In this document: piece after piece, positions 8,831 to 20,300 of the stretch
Layout of the letters: every line of letters begins with the position of its first letter
Position numbering within the stretch: position 1 is the stretch's first letter
NCBI GenBank assembly: GCA_963745025.1
Contig: CAVUWD010000018.1
Span: forward strand, 1 to 64,000
Source: an uncultured delta proteobacterium
GTDB taxonomy: Bacteria > Desulfobacterota > Binatia > JACPRU01
Reading direction: 5' to 3'
Length of the DNA stretch: 64,000 bases
Position numbers and translations under genes: made by a program
The notes under the pieces: model-generated
The model's input: only the letters and a program-made list of their open reading frames with translations
Told to the model about the DNA's origin: nothing
Databases searched by the model: none

Positions 8831-10062
8831 TGAGCGGCGCTCCCCCGCGCATCGCCGTGGTGCTTTCCGGTGGAGGAGCGCGCGGCGCCTACGAGGCCGG
8901 CGTGCTCTACTACATCGTCGAGAAGCTGCCCGCATTGCTCGGCCGGCCGGTTCGCTTCGACATCATCTGCGGGAGCAGCGTCGGGGCGATCCATGCCTGC
9001 TTCCTCGGCGGCCATGCGGGCGAGCCGGGCGCGCTCGCGGAGCTGGTCGACATCTGGCGGGGGTTCGAGATCGAGAAGGTGCTCCGTCTCACGCCTTTCA
9101 AGCTCCTGTCGCTGCCGGCCCGGCTGCTCGGCATCGGCCGCAAGGCGCGACCCGAGCCGGCCGCAGAGCCCGGCGCCCCGGTGCGGATCCCCGGCATCCT
9201 CGATTTCTCGCCGCTCGAGCGCGTGATCCTCGATCGCGTCCCGTGGCGGCGAATCGGCGAAAAGATCGCGGGCGGAGACATCGACGCGGTAGCGGTCGCG
9301 ACGACGGAGGTCAGGACCGGGAATACGGTCATCTTCGTGGAAAACCGCGAAGGCAGGGTCGATCATTGGGCGCGCGACCCCTTCGTCGTCGCACGCGCCG
9401 CGCGGCTCGCGCCGGAGCACGCGCTCGCCTCGGCGGCGATCCCGCTCCTCTTTCCTGCCATTCGCATCGGCCCGTATTTCTACTGTGACGGCAGCCTGCG
9501 ATTGAACACGCCACTGTCCCCGGCGCTCCGTCTCGGCGCGGACCGCGTGCTCGTGGTCGGCATGCACCATCGGCGCGCCGCCGGCGAGGCTCCTCCGGCG
9601 GTCGCGGAAGATAGCGTCAGCAGCCCGGCCTTTCTCGCGGGCAAGATCCTGAACGCGCTTCTTCTCGATCGCGTCGATTACGACGCCGACCGATTGCGGC
9701 TGTTCAACGCGATCCTCGAGCAAGGCCGCAGAATCTACGGTGACGACTTCCTCGCGTACATCAACCAGCCGATCATCGAGAGCCGCGGCACTGCCTACCG
9801 CATCGTCCGCGACCTCTTTCTACAACCCTCGCGCGACCTCGGGGTGCTGGCAGCCGAGTGCCTCGCGCATCGCCGCCCGCGACCGCAGCCAGGCTCTTGG
9901 CTTTCGCGCATCTTCCTGCGCTACGCCTCCAAGAACACGGGAGGGGAAGCCGATTTTCTCTCCTATCTCTATTTCGACGGCTGTTATGCCGGCCACCTGC
10001 TCGAGCTCGGAATCGCCGACGCCGAGCGGCAGCGCGACAGGCTCGCGGAATTCTTCGCCTGA
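8830..10062 (+). CDS. patatin-like phospholipase
   Basis: LSGGGARGAY, GSSVG nucleophile elbow, ASAAIP, DGS. Confidence 0.9.
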   Translation: MSGAPPRIAVVLSGGGARGAYEAGVLYYIVEKLPALLGRPVRFDIICGSSVGAIHACFLGGHAGEPGALAELVDIWRGFEIEKVLRLTPFKLLSLPARLLGIGRKARPEPAAEPGAPVRIPGILDFSPLERVILDRVPWRRIGEKIAGGDIDAVAVATTEVRTGNTVIFVENREGRVDHWARDPFVVARAARLAPEHALASAAIPLLFPAIRIGPYFYCDGSLRLNTPLSPALRLGADRVLVVGMHHRRAAGEAPPAVAEDSVSSPAFLAGKILNALLLDRVDYDADRLRLFNAILEQGRRIYGDDFLAYINQPIIESRGTAYRIVRDLFLQPSRDLGVLAAECLAHRRPRPQPGSWLSRIFLRYASKNTGGEADFLSYLYFDGCYAGHLLELGIADAERQRDRLAEFFA

Positions 10063-10130
10063 GCGGAAGCCCACTTGCGAGCGGCCGTACCCTATTGCCG
10101 CTCCGCCGGGGCCGCCGTATCGTAGCGGAC

Positions 10131-11192
10131 GTGACCGCTCGACGCTTCACGGCGTTGTTGCTGCTTTTGTCGAGTTGTGCCGCTGTGCCTGCAGGACGGC
10201 GTGCTCCGATGTCGACACGCAGCGCCTCGTCGATCGACCACGAGATGGCGCAGGAGTCTCAGCGCCTTCAGCAGCGAGCCGAGCTGCACTTCGCGGAGCA
10301 GAAGCGGCGCGTCGAGCGCGTCGGACGGCGCCTGCTCGAGACCATCCCGGGGCATCCCAACGTCCAGTTCGTCATCGTCAACGGGGATCCTTCGATCAAC
10401 GCCGGCGCCACCTTCGGGCAGGTGGCCGTCACGTCGGGCATGCTGAACTTTCTCCAGTCCGACGACGAGATGGCCGTGGTGCTCGGACACGAGCTCGCGC
10501 ACATCGAGCAAGGTCACGTCCTGAAGGGCACGGTCAGTAGCCTGGCGCTCGGCATCTTGGCGACGGTCCTCGAGGCCCGCGTGCCGGGCGCGGGGCGGGC
10601 GGCGGGAGGCATCGGGCAGCTGTTCCTGAATCACTACACGCAGACCCAGGAGCGCGAGGCGGACGAGGTCGGTCTGCGCTACGCCTACGAGGCGGGGTAC
10701 GATCCTCGGGTCGCCGCCGGCATTCAGGAGCGCATGGCCGTCGAGGTGCCGCAGTCGATGAGCGCCGGATACTTCGACACTCATCCGTCCTCGGTCGAGC
10801 GGGCCGTGTCGGCACGCCGCGAGGCCGAGGAGCTTCTTGCGCGCGGCGATCCCCCCGGCCGCGCGGGGGCGCTGGCGCTCGAGCGCGCGGACGAAGGGGC
10901 CTCTCGGGCTCGGCACGAGAGCGCGAACGCCTACGGTGGCTCGTCCCGCGAGCGGCCGGCGAACGGAGCTCCGCGCAGCTCGCAATCCTCGACTAGCGAC
11001 GTGGATCCGGAACGCTGCCGGCGCGCAGCGGTGTACGTAGACATGGCACGGGACTCGCACGATGCCGCCGAGCGCGAGGATCTCTACCGTCGCGCCCTTC
11101 GCTACTGCCCGACGCTCGCGGAGGCTCGCAGCGGCCTCGAGCAGAAGGGTCCTGCGCGCGACGATCGCGAGGCGCCCGTGGAAACCTATTGA
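10131..11192 (+). CDS. M48 family zinc metalloprotease (lipoprotein)
   Basis: NAGA, LGHELAH, EREADEVG, THP; lipobox LSSC; GTG start inferred. Confidence 0.88.
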   Translation: MTARRFTALLLLLSSCAAVPAGRRAPMSTRSASSIDHEMAQESQRLQQRAELHFAEQKRRVERVGRRLLETIPGHPNVQFVIVNGDPSINAGATFGQVAVTSGMLNFLQSDDEMAVVLGHELAHIEQGHVLKGTVSSLALGILATVLEARVPGAGRAAGGIGQLFLNHYTQTQEREADEVGLRYAYEAGYDPRVAAGIQERMAVEVPQSMSAGYFDTHPSSVERAVSARREAEELLARGDPPGRAGALALERADEGASRARHESANAYGGSSRERPANGAPRSSQSSTSDVDPERCRRAAVYVDMARDSHDAAEREDLYRRALRYCPTLAEARSGLEQKGPARDDREAPVETY

Positions 11193-11219
11193 AGTGCGCG
11201 ATTCTCCCCGCCTCGAGGC

Positions 11220-11290
11220 TAGGAGGCCTCGCCACAGATCGCTCCCGTTGGTCGCGAACCGTCTTCGGCCCAGCATCCTCCCGAGCTAGC
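11220..11290. repeat. 71-bp TAG-bounded dispersed repeat, copy A (MITE/REP-like)
   Basis: 61/71 identical, ungapped, to 49208-49278. Confidence 0.8.
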
Positions 11291-11456
11291 GTGCGCGAGA
11301 TCGCGCACGACCTTCAGCGTCGAGCGGCCGGGCGGCGATCACCGTGGACATGGGGCAGCACGCGTTCAAGGAGACGACGCTCGTTCCGCCAATCGCCGGT
11401 GGCCGAGAACGCGCTGCGGCACGGGTTCGCGGCTGAGGCGTGAACGACGAGCGTTT

Positions 11457-11861
11457 CTAGCAACCGCCGCCGGAGTCCGGAACCATCGTTCCGACGTTGG
11501 AATCGTAGCGCCACGCCGGGCTCGATGCGCCCGCGGCACACGCCAGGAGGGTGTATTGATCGAGGGTCGCCGAAACAATGAGGAGATGGACGTTCGGTGC
11601 CGTTCCACGGTAGTCGCAGTCGGCGCGTAGCACGGCCTCGTCGGCACCCTGGTACGACGGGGGGTTGCCCTTTACGTAGTGGCACTCCATCGCTTCACGG
11701 GCCGAATTCAGGGCCGACTGCATTTGCGCGTCCACGGCCTTCGCCTTGTAAAGGGCGTATTGAGTAATTGCGATGGAGGCGAGGATTCCGACGATCGCGA
11801 TCACCACGAGCAGTTCCACGAGGGTGAACCCCGCGGCCGCCGAACGGAAGCGCCTATCCAT
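11457..11861 (-). CDS. type IV pilin (prepilin N-terminal cleavage/methylation motif)
   Basis: G/FTLVELLVVIAIVGILASIAI; several Cys in the C-terminal part. Confidence 0.9.
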   Translation of the reverse strand: MDRRFRSAAAGFTLVELLVVIAIVGILASIAITQYALYKAKAVDAQMQSALNSAREAMECHYVKGNPPSYQGADEAVLRADCDYRGTAPNVHLLIVSATLDQYTLLACAAGASSPAWRYDSNVGTMVPDSGGGC

Positions 11862-11873
11862 GATAAACGATAA

Positions 11874-11890
11874 AGCAAAGGATATGCCTA
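11874..11890 (-). promoter_or_regulatory. probable sigma54 (-24/-12) promoter of the pilin gene
   Basis: TAGGCATATCCTTTGCT has GG-N10-GC spacing; AT-rich upstream region with repeated TTTTGACGG. Confidence 0.7.
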
Positions 11891-12011
11891 GCAAAAACCT
11901 GAGGATTTCCCGATTGAATTCAAAGGTCACCGTCAAAATCGCGTTCACGTTCGCCGTCAAAAAACGGCAACGTCACGCAATTATCATGTAGGTTCTTAGC
12001 TCACGTCATGG

Positions 12012-12407
12012 TCACTCCAGGAAGCGGGCACGAATCTCAGGGGAGGGAATCGAGCACTCAGATCGCTTGCCGAACCACCGATATCGGTGGCGAGCAAACC
12101 AGTCGTAACCGGCGTCACGAATCGGCCGAGGAACGAGAAGAAGCACATAGAGAAGCACCCAAGTACCCCGAAGACGTCTCAGGATGCGCAGCACCGCCGT
12201 CGAGCGTAAATAGCAGGCGCCGTCTTCGAACAAGACGATGTTGTCGAGAGAACCAGACGACAGCCCGCAGCCAGCGAGAAGGCGTCGGGCCGGCTCAGAT
12301 TGAATCGCGGCGAACTTGAAATATTCCGCGGGATCGCGATCGATGATGAAATTCACCGTCGAGTTGCAGAAATTGCAGACGCCGTCGAAAAGAACCACCG
12401 CCGGCAT
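12012..12407 (-). CDS. DCC1/YuxK-family thiol-disulfide oxidoreductase
   Basis: VLFDGVCNFCN, FAAIQS, RYRWFGK. Confidence 0.9.
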   Translation of the reverse strand: MPAVVLFDGVCNFCNSTVNFIIDRDPAEYFKFAAIQSEPARRLLAGCGLSSGSLDNIVLFEDGACYLRSTAVLRILRRLRGTWVLLYVLLLVPRPIRDAGYDWFARHRYRWFGKRSECSIPSPEIRARFLE

Positions 12408-12450
12408 GTTCGATTTGTAACAGAAAGCCTTGGTGAGTTAGTAGAGAGCG

Positions 12451-13065
12451 ATGCCGGGACGCGTCGAATTCTTCTACGACTACTCGAGCCCATGGACGTA
12501 TCTCGCATTCACGCGGATCGAAGACCTCTGCCGGCGCTGTGAAGCCGATCTCGTGTGGCGGCCCATCCTGGTCGGTGGCATCTTCAATACGGTGAATCCA
12601 TCCGTCTACGAGTCGCGCGAGCGGCCCGTGCCGGCCAAGGCGCGCTACTACGCGAAGGATCTACAGGACTGGGCCGATTTCCATGGCCTGAAGCTGCGGT
12701 TTCCGCCTGCGGTGTTTCCGGTCAATTCCGTGAAGTCGCTGCGCGGAGCGCTCGTCGCCGTGGAGCACGACAGGATCTCGCCGTACAGCCAGGCCGTCTT
12801 TGCCGCCTACTGGGAAGCGGATCGGGACATCAGCCGCGACGACGTGCTCGCCTCGATCGTCCGCGAGGTCGGGCTCGATCCCGCCGAGTACTTCGAGAAG
12901 ATCCAGCAGCCCGCCTACAAGGAGCAAATTCGCGCCAACACCGACGAGTGCATTCGCCGAGGCGGCTTCGGCTCGCCGACGATGTTCGTCGGCGACGCCA
13001 TGTTCTTCGGTAACGACCGGCTGGTCCTCGTGGAGCACGAGCTTCGCAAGCGTGGGGGCGGATGA
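12451..13065 (+). CDS. 2-hydroxychromene-2-carboxylate isomerase/DsbA-like protein
   Basis: FFYDYSSPWTYL, FPVNS, GFGSPTM, FFGNDRL. Confidence 0.88.
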   Translation: MPGRVEFFYDYSSPWTYLAFTRIEDLCRRCEADLVWRPILVGGIFNTVNPSVYESRERPVPAKARYYAKDLQDWADFHGLKLRFPPAVFPVNSVKSLRGALVAVEHDRISPYSQAVFAAYWEADRDISRDDVLASIVREVGLDPAEYFEKIQQPAYKEQIRANTDECIRRGGFGSPTMFVGDAMFFGNDRLVLVEHELRKRGGG

Positions 13066-13322
13066 TGATCGCGTGGTTCTTCCTGGCGGTGAGCCTGACC
13101 GGCGCCTGGCTGACGTACAACGTTTATCGCCCACACGACGTGGGCGGGCGCAGGTCCCCGGTCGCTTACGCGGAGCTCGCGGGGGCGCAGCACGCGTTCG
13201 AGATCTTTCCGTCCCTCCGCGGCAAGCTGGTGCTCGGCGGTGTCGAGCGGTTCCTCGCTCTTCTCTGCAGTCGATGTCTCGCAACACGGGAGGAGCGAAC
13301 CTCCCTGAGTGCGGCGGGCTGA
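13062..13322 (+). pseudogene. internally deleted alpha/beta-hydrolase (N-terminal TM joined to C-terminal YAELxGAQHAF segment)
   Basis: PVAYAELAGAQHAFEIF resembles the His-motif C-terminus of HSL-like esterases; no GxSxG core. Confidence 0.6.
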
Positions 13323-13325
13323 GAA

Positions 13326-13967
13326 ATGGTTCGGTCGCTCCTCGCTTGTCTGGCGATCGCTCTGCTCGGCGCCCCCGCAGCGGCGCTTTCGTCCGAGCAG
13401 GTTCGCGTCTCCATCGAGTTCCGGCAGTCCGGCAGCGAAGCACGCGACGACGTGCAGGGATCGACCCGCATCATCATCACCGATCCGGGCGGAACCAGCA
13501 GCCGCACGCGACTCGGCGCGGAAAGCCAGACGACCCGCGTGACGCATTCGTCGGGAATCTTCACGATCGTCCAGGACGGCGGCGATTCGGAGCTGCGCGT
13601 CGCAACGCGGGTCCCGTACCCGGACGTTCAATTCTACAGCGACTACGCGACGGGGGCGGGATACGTGACACGCGGACTCGCGTTCGAAAACGTCGGGACC
13701 TCGCTCAAGGTCCATGCCGAAGTCCTACCCGACCGGCGGATCCGGCTTCGCCTGGTACCGACCGTGAGCTACTTTTCGCCCGGCGGCTCGGGCGCGATCG
13801 AGTTCACCGACGCGGCAACCGAGCTCGTGGTCGAGAACGGCAAGCCCGTCGAAATCGGCGGCGGCACGACTCGAACCGAGGAGATCACCCGCCGTATCCT
13901 GGGTCGGGGGTCGAGGACCGCCGAGAGCGAGACGTCGATCGTGTTGCGAGCCATCCTGCAGCCATGA
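13326..13967 (+). CDS. short secreted secretin-C-domain-like protein
   Basis: Signal peptide; FENVGTSLKV, ATELVVENGKPVEIGG resemble type II/III secretin beta strands. Confidence 0.6.
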   Translation: MVRSLLACLAIALLGAPAAALSSEQVRVSIEFRQSGSEARDDVQGSTRIIITDPGGTSSRTRLGAESQTTRVTHSSGIFTIVQDGGDSELRVATRVPYPDVQFYSDYATGAGYVTRGLAFENVGTSLKVHAEVLPDRRIRLRLVPTVSYFSPGGSGAIEFTDAATELVVENGKPVEIGGGTTRTEEITRRILGRGSRTAESETSIVLRAILQP

Positions 13968-14073
13968 TCGCTGCGGTGGCCGCGGCGCCAGGTTCCCCCC
14001 TCGCTTCCAGGGATGTTCCCGGCTATAGCTTGCCATCGTTCGCACCGACCCACCAACTGGACGAAGGAGAGTC

Positions 14074-14766
14074 ATGAAATCCACGATCGGCATCGTAGTG
14101 GCCACTGCGCTGTGGCTCGTTTCCACGGCGTCCGCGGCCGACGTCAAGCTCGAGAGCGACACCGACAAGGAGATCTATGCGCTCGGCCTCTCGGTCGCCC
14201 GCAGCCTGTCGGTTTTCAACCTGAGCGAGGCGGAGATGCAGGTGCTCGAGGAGGGCCTCGCGGACGGCGTTCTCGGCAAGACGCCGAAGGTCGACCTCGC
14301 CGCCTATGGCCCGAAGCTCCAAGAGCTCGCCAAGGCGCGCGCGGCGCAGGTTGCGGAAGTCGAAAAGAAGGCGTCCGGGGAGTTCTTGAAGCAGGCCGCG
14401 GCCGAAAAAGGCGCCACGAAGAGCGAGTCCGGCCTGATCTTCAGCGACGTATCGCCTGGCAAGGGTGCGAGCCCGACCCCCGACAGCAGCGTCAAAGTGA
14501 ACTACAAGGGCACGCTCCGTGATGGCACGGTCTTCGACAGCTCCTACGAGCGAAAGAGCCCCGTCACGTTCGGTCTGAAGCAGGTGATTCCCTGCTGGAC
14601 CGAAGGCCTACAGAAGATGAAGGTCGGCGGCAAGGCCAAGCTCGTCTGCCCCGCGGAGATCGCATACGGCGACCGAGGTGCGCCACCGCTCATCAAGCCG
14701 GGAGCGCCGCTCACGTTCGAGGTCGAGCTCCTCGAGATCGTCGAGCCGACCGCCGGCAAGAAGTAG
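14074..14766 (+). CDS. FKBP-type peptidyl-prolyl isomerase (FkpA/Mip-like)
   Basis: VNYKGTL.DGTVFDSS, VIPCWTEGL, IAYG, FEVELL. Confidence 0.95.
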   Translation: MKSTIGIVVATALWLVSTASAADVKLESDTDKEIYALGLSVARSLSVFNLSEAEMQVLEEGLADGVLGKTPKVDLAAYGPKLQELAKARAAQVAEVEKKASGEFLKQAAAEKGATKSESGLIFSDVSPGKGASPTPDSSVKVNYKGTLRDGTVFDSSYERKSPVTFGLKQVIPCWTEGLQKMKVGGKAKLVCPAEIAYGDRGAPPLIKPGAPLTFEVELLEIVEPTAGKK

Positions 14767-14769
14767 CGG

Positions 14770-15756
<987 letters not shown>

Positions 15757-15793
15757 TCCGCGATCTCCTTTCCCGAAGGGCGAAGCCTCCGCG

Positions 15794-16996
15794 ATGAGCG
15801 AAGCCAAGTCAACCGGCTCTTCTCGATCGCTCGCGACGAGCGATATAGAGACGGCGATGGACGCCAGGCGCGTGGCCGCCCGCCTCGATTGGCTCGACGG
15901 CATGAAGGGCATCTCGATTCTGTGGATTGCCTACTTTCACGCCTTCAATTTCATCTGCGGGCCCGACGCGCGGTTCCCATCGGCGCTCTCCGAAGGATAC
16001 GTCGCGAAATTCTGGACGGCTTGTGCGCCGGCTTCGGCGGTCGACGAGCTTCGTTGCGGCCTGGAGGCCTTCGGCGCGGCGTTCGGCCAGCTCGGCTTCC
16101 ACGCGGTCGCCGTCTTCCTCGTGCTCTCCGGGTTCGGCCTCACGTACTCGCTCGCCAAGACCGGCGGGCCGGCGAGCGGATGGATCGGATGGTACCGCAG
16201 CCGATTGCTCCGCCTGTTCCCCATGTACTGGGTGGCGCACCTCGTCTACCTCGTCTTCCCATTTCAGGCTCGGTACGAGGCGATCGACTACCGCTTCGCG
16301 CTGAGCTTCCTCGGCGACCGGGTCTGGCCGGTCGACATGATCTTCTATTACTTCAATCCGGCGCTCTGGTACTTCGGCCTGCTGCTCGAGCTCTACCTCG
16401 TGTTCCCGGTCCTGTTTCGCTTGCTTCAAAGGGCGGGCGTCGGCGGGTTTCTGGCGTTGTCGGCGCTGGCGACGTTCGGCTGCCGCTACGTGCTTCTCTG
16501 CGTCTGGCCGGTCAACGGGTACTACGTGCAGGGCGCGTTCTTCCTCGCTCGCCTCTGGGAGTTCGCGCTCGGAATGGCGCTCGGTCTCGTCTACCGAAGA
16601 GACGGCGAGCGCCTCGACCGATGGCTCTTCTCCTCCGCGACGCTCGGTGCCGGCGTGGTGCTCTACACGCTCGGCCTCTACAGCTACGGGGAGCTCTGGT
16701 CGTACAGCTTCACCGACGCGCTGATCGGGACGGGCCTCTCCATCATTCTCGCGCGCGTCGCGCGGACCTGTGAATCCGTGCCCGGGCTCGGCGCCCTACT
16801 CGGCACCGTCGGGGTCTACTCGTACGGCCTCTACCTCCTGCACCAGCCCTTCGTGCTCTACTTCGCGGAGCGCGTTCGACCCATGTCGACGCCGCGGTTC
16901 GTGGCGTCGACCTGTACGCTCATCGCCGTTCTCGCGATCGCGTCCATGGCGATCGAGCGGGCGGTCAACCGGCTGACGCAGCGGGTGCTCGGCTGA
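15794..16996 (+). CDS. acyltransferase 3 family membrane protein (OafA-like)
   Basis: [34 protein letters not shown]. Confidence 0.88.
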   Translation: MSEAKSTGSSRSLATSDIETAMDARRVAARLDWLDGMKGISILWIAYFHAFNFICGPDARFPSALSEGYVAKFWTACAPASAVDELRCGLEAFGAAFGQLGFHAVAVFLVLSGFGLTYSLAKTGGPASGWIGWYRSRLLRLFPMYWVAHLVYLVFPFQARYEAIDYRFALSFLGDRVWPVDMIFYYFNPALWYFGLLLELYLVFPVLFRLLQRAGVGGFLALSALATFGCRYVLLCVWPVNGYYVQGAFFLARLWEFALGMALGLVYRRDGERLDRWLFSSATLGAGVVLYTLGLYSYGELWSYSFTDALIGTGLSIILARVARTCESVPGLGALLGTVGVYSYGLYLLHQPFVLYFAERVRPMSTPRFVASTCTLIAVLAIASMAIERAVNRLTQRVLG

Positions 16997-17055
16997 AGAG
17001 GAGGCTACGGGAGAAGACTCCAAGATTCCTTGCTTGTAGCCCGTAGCCGATTGTT

Positions 17056-17328
17056 TCATAAGATCAGCTCGATCAGCCCGCCGATGAGCTTGAAGGGCAG
17101 CGCCAGGATCATGCCGATCACGTGAACCGTGCCGCTGACGATGCCGACTCCGGGGCCGCTGGTCTCGTGTGTCGCGGTCGTCGTCGTCTCGGTTTGCGTG
17201 GTGGCATCGCCGTTCGTCGTCGGCCGCTCAACGGTATGGGTCGTAGTCGTCGACGAGCAGCCCGTGGTTGCCGCGCCGCCACCGATGATCAGCAAGGCCG
17301 CGAGCAGCAGCGTGGGAGCTCCGCGCAT
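17056..17328 (-). CDS. small Thr-rich putative lipoprotein
   Basis: GGAGGAGG RBS, signal with TTGC, hydrophobic tail ILALPFKLIGGLIELIL. Confidence 0.7.
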   Translation of the reverse strand: MRGAPTLLLAALLIIGGGAATTGCSSTTTTHTVERPTTNGDATTQTETTTTATHETSGPGVGIVSGTVHVIGMILALPFKLIGGLIELIL

Positions 17329-17390
17329 CGTGTCCTCCTCCTCGAAGGCCAAGCGTGTCGCAGATCGATGCGGGGCGCAATGTGGTTTCG

Positions 17391-20300
17391 TCAACGCGCC
17401 GGCGTGTCGGAAGGCGGCGGCGCGGTCTTGCGGGACAGCCTCCAAGCGCGCGCCGAAGCACGCCAGAGCCCGCCCGTCGCGAACGCGCCGAAGCCCCAGC
17501 GGAGCCACGAGAGCAGTGCCCACGCGATCCACAGCGCCCAGGCGAGCATCGCCAGTCGGTAGGCCGCGAGCGGAACCGAGATCACCCAGGTCGGCGGCAG
17601 GTGTGCGCCGGCGCGATCGTGATACCAGTGAAGCGCTTGAGCGGTCGAGCCGTTGCCGCTGATCTGCATCTCGGGAAGACCGAGCAGGCCGCGCTCGATC
17701 GAGACGAAGAGCCCGACGAGTGCCGCCGCGGTCCAGAGCGCCAGGCCGACCTGTACGAGATTGAATCGATTGTCGCCGAGCGCCGCTCCGCTCCGGAGCC
17801 TCCAGCCGAGTGCGAGCAGCCAGCCGGCGACGATGACCGCGACCCAGATCGGCGCCTGCGTGATGCCGACGCCGAGCAGGGACCACTGAATGGTTCCGAG
17901 CGGCGTCGATCCGATTCGACCGAGCACGATCGAGGCGAGGAGGACGACGAGCAGGAGGCTCCAGAAGAGCACGGCGGGACCGAGCCGACCGCCGCCCGCG
18001 GCGAGCGTCCAGCGATCGGCCGGCACGTGAATCGTCGTGTCCACGTTGACGCTCGCCGCGCCGAGGTCGAGATCCGGAGACTGAACCCGCGCGCCGATGC
18101 CGTGCGGCGATCGCCACACGAGGCCGATCGTTTGGGCCCCCGGAACGATCGGCAGCGTCACGGCTCGCTTGTCCTGACGGATCGGCTGCGGCGCGCCGTT
18201 GACCGCTACCGATTGAAGCTCGGCATCCTGGGGCAACGTCACGATGTGCTGTCCGCCGCGCGAGCTGCGCAGCTCGAAGGAGAACGTGACGTCGGTCGAG
18301 CGCCGCCCCGGGCTCATCTCGAGGGCGCTCCGCTCGATCGTCAGGGTCTGGCCCGGAAACGCCTCGGGACGGGCGAGTGCGAGCGACACCGTCTCGCCGG
18401 GCCAGGGCCGCCATTCGCGGATGCGGCGCGCGTTCGGTGGCAGATGGATCGGAGGGATGCCGCTCGCCGCGACGTGCCAGAGAGGGCTCGCGTCGAGCCG
18501 CCAGACCTCGGTCCACGGCTCGTTCTCGGACGCCTTGAGGCCGATCGTCGGCGCTTCCTTGAGGATCGACCGCCAGCGTGCCTGGTTCGCCGAGGGGCCG
18601 AGCACGACGAGCGCCTTGCCGTTCTCGACGCGCACGTTCCCGGTCACGGACTCGCCGGCGAGCAGAGGCACTTCGAGATGGAACGCCGTGCCGAGCGGTG
18701 TGAGCCTCGTGACCACGTTCTCGACTTCCCACGACAGCCCGAGACGAAGCTCGCGCTCGAGGCGAGCGAACGGCGGCAGGAAGCCCGGCTCGAGCCTCGG
18801 TTCGGTGCTCTCGCCCCTGCGCTCGCGCACCAGGCGGAGGCTGTCTTCGGGCAAGCCGTCCTCGCGGATGCCCGAGAGAGTCCACCCCGAGACTTCGGCA
18901 TCGATCCGGTGCGGCTTCAGCGGCAAGGGGATCTCCACCGTATCGAGGAGCGGGATCGGCCCGTCGAGGACGACCTGATGCTTGCCGGCGCCGACGGCGA
19001 GCCACAGGACGCCGTTGCCGTCTTGCGAAAGAGCCTCCGCCGGCTCGCCGTCCAGAACTACTTTCGAGGGAGTCCAGCCCTTGGCGCCGCCCGGAAGAGG
19101 CACCGCGGTCTCCGCCGCGGCGTCGATCTCTACGCGCAGCAAGAGCGCGGTCGTGGTTGCTTCGAGGCGCAGGCGAGGGCTCGCCGCACAGATCGGGGAA
19201 CAATCGGGCCGCTCGAGGAGGCGCTGCTCCAGGGTCTTCAACAGCTCCGCCGGCGGAAAGTCGGCGGCATCCGCGACGGGCGCGAAAACCGAGAGCGACG
19301 AGAGCGCCGCGACGGCGACGGTGGCGAGCGCGGCCCCGCGCGGAACGACCGGCGCGGCGACGCCCAGCAGGCCCTTGAGAAAGAGCGCTGCGAGCAACGC
19401 CACGCGCAGGAAAGCAAGCACGAGATTCGTACGCGGCGACAAGAGCACGAAGCGGATCTCTTGCCCTCGTTCCACGGGCCCTCGCCAGCGGAGCGAGATC
19501 GTTCTCCATTGCCAGCGCGGCAGGCCGGGGCCGGTCGAGACGATCGCCTTGTCGTCGACGTAGCGATACTCATCGCCGGGAATCGAAGGCCTGCCGCCTG
19601 CCAGCCCGGGCGCTTCCTCGTACGCTCGGAGCGCCCTCGCCTGGGGCGCACGCTCGAGGCCCATCATTGCCTGGGGCGCCGCTACCGCGGCGCTCTTGGC
19701 GGCCATCACCCCACCCACCGCGGCGGCGGTCGGGAACGGAGCGACCGCATTCGGCGTCTCGAGCGCCGGGTACATGCCCGAACGGATCTCCTTCACCATG
19801 AACGGGATCGCCACGATCACGAATGCCACCAGCACTGCGCCGCGGCAGAGCCGCACGGCGCTCCGCAACCGCCCGCTCGGCAGCACCGAAAGCAGCGCTT
19901 CGGCCGCGAGCAAGGCCAGCCAGAGCCATCGCGGCGCATCCGGCTCGAGATAGGTGAGCGCCAGCGTGGCGAGCGCGACGACCCCCCAACCGAGGCCCCA
20001 AACCCTCGCGGCCGCCATGGCGATGATCAGCACGAGGAAGAGGTCGAGGAGCGTCCAGTCCGTGACCCACGTCGAGGAAACGTCGTCGACACCCGCAGCA
20101 TGGAAGAGACGCCACCCCGGGGGCAGGTTGAGAACGCCGCTGACCTGCTGGAAGTCCTCGTTCCAACCGACCGCGGGAATCCGCGCGCCTGATCCCGTGA
20201 GCCGGCTTTCGGCCTCCATCTGTAGCTGACTCTGGCGGATTTCGACGCCGGCGGTGGCGGGATCCTTGCTGCGAGTGATCAGCTGATCACGTCCGGCGAG

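Noticed and set aside
17003-17048. GGCTACGGG/CCCGTAGCC inverted repeat between convergent genes
   Set aside because: Only 9 bp with a 28-nt loop and no U-tract; too weak to call a terminator.
17355-20192. 945-aa plus-strand ORF
   Set aside because: Arg-rich antisense shadow of the 1364-aa gene; long shadow frames are expected at this GC content.
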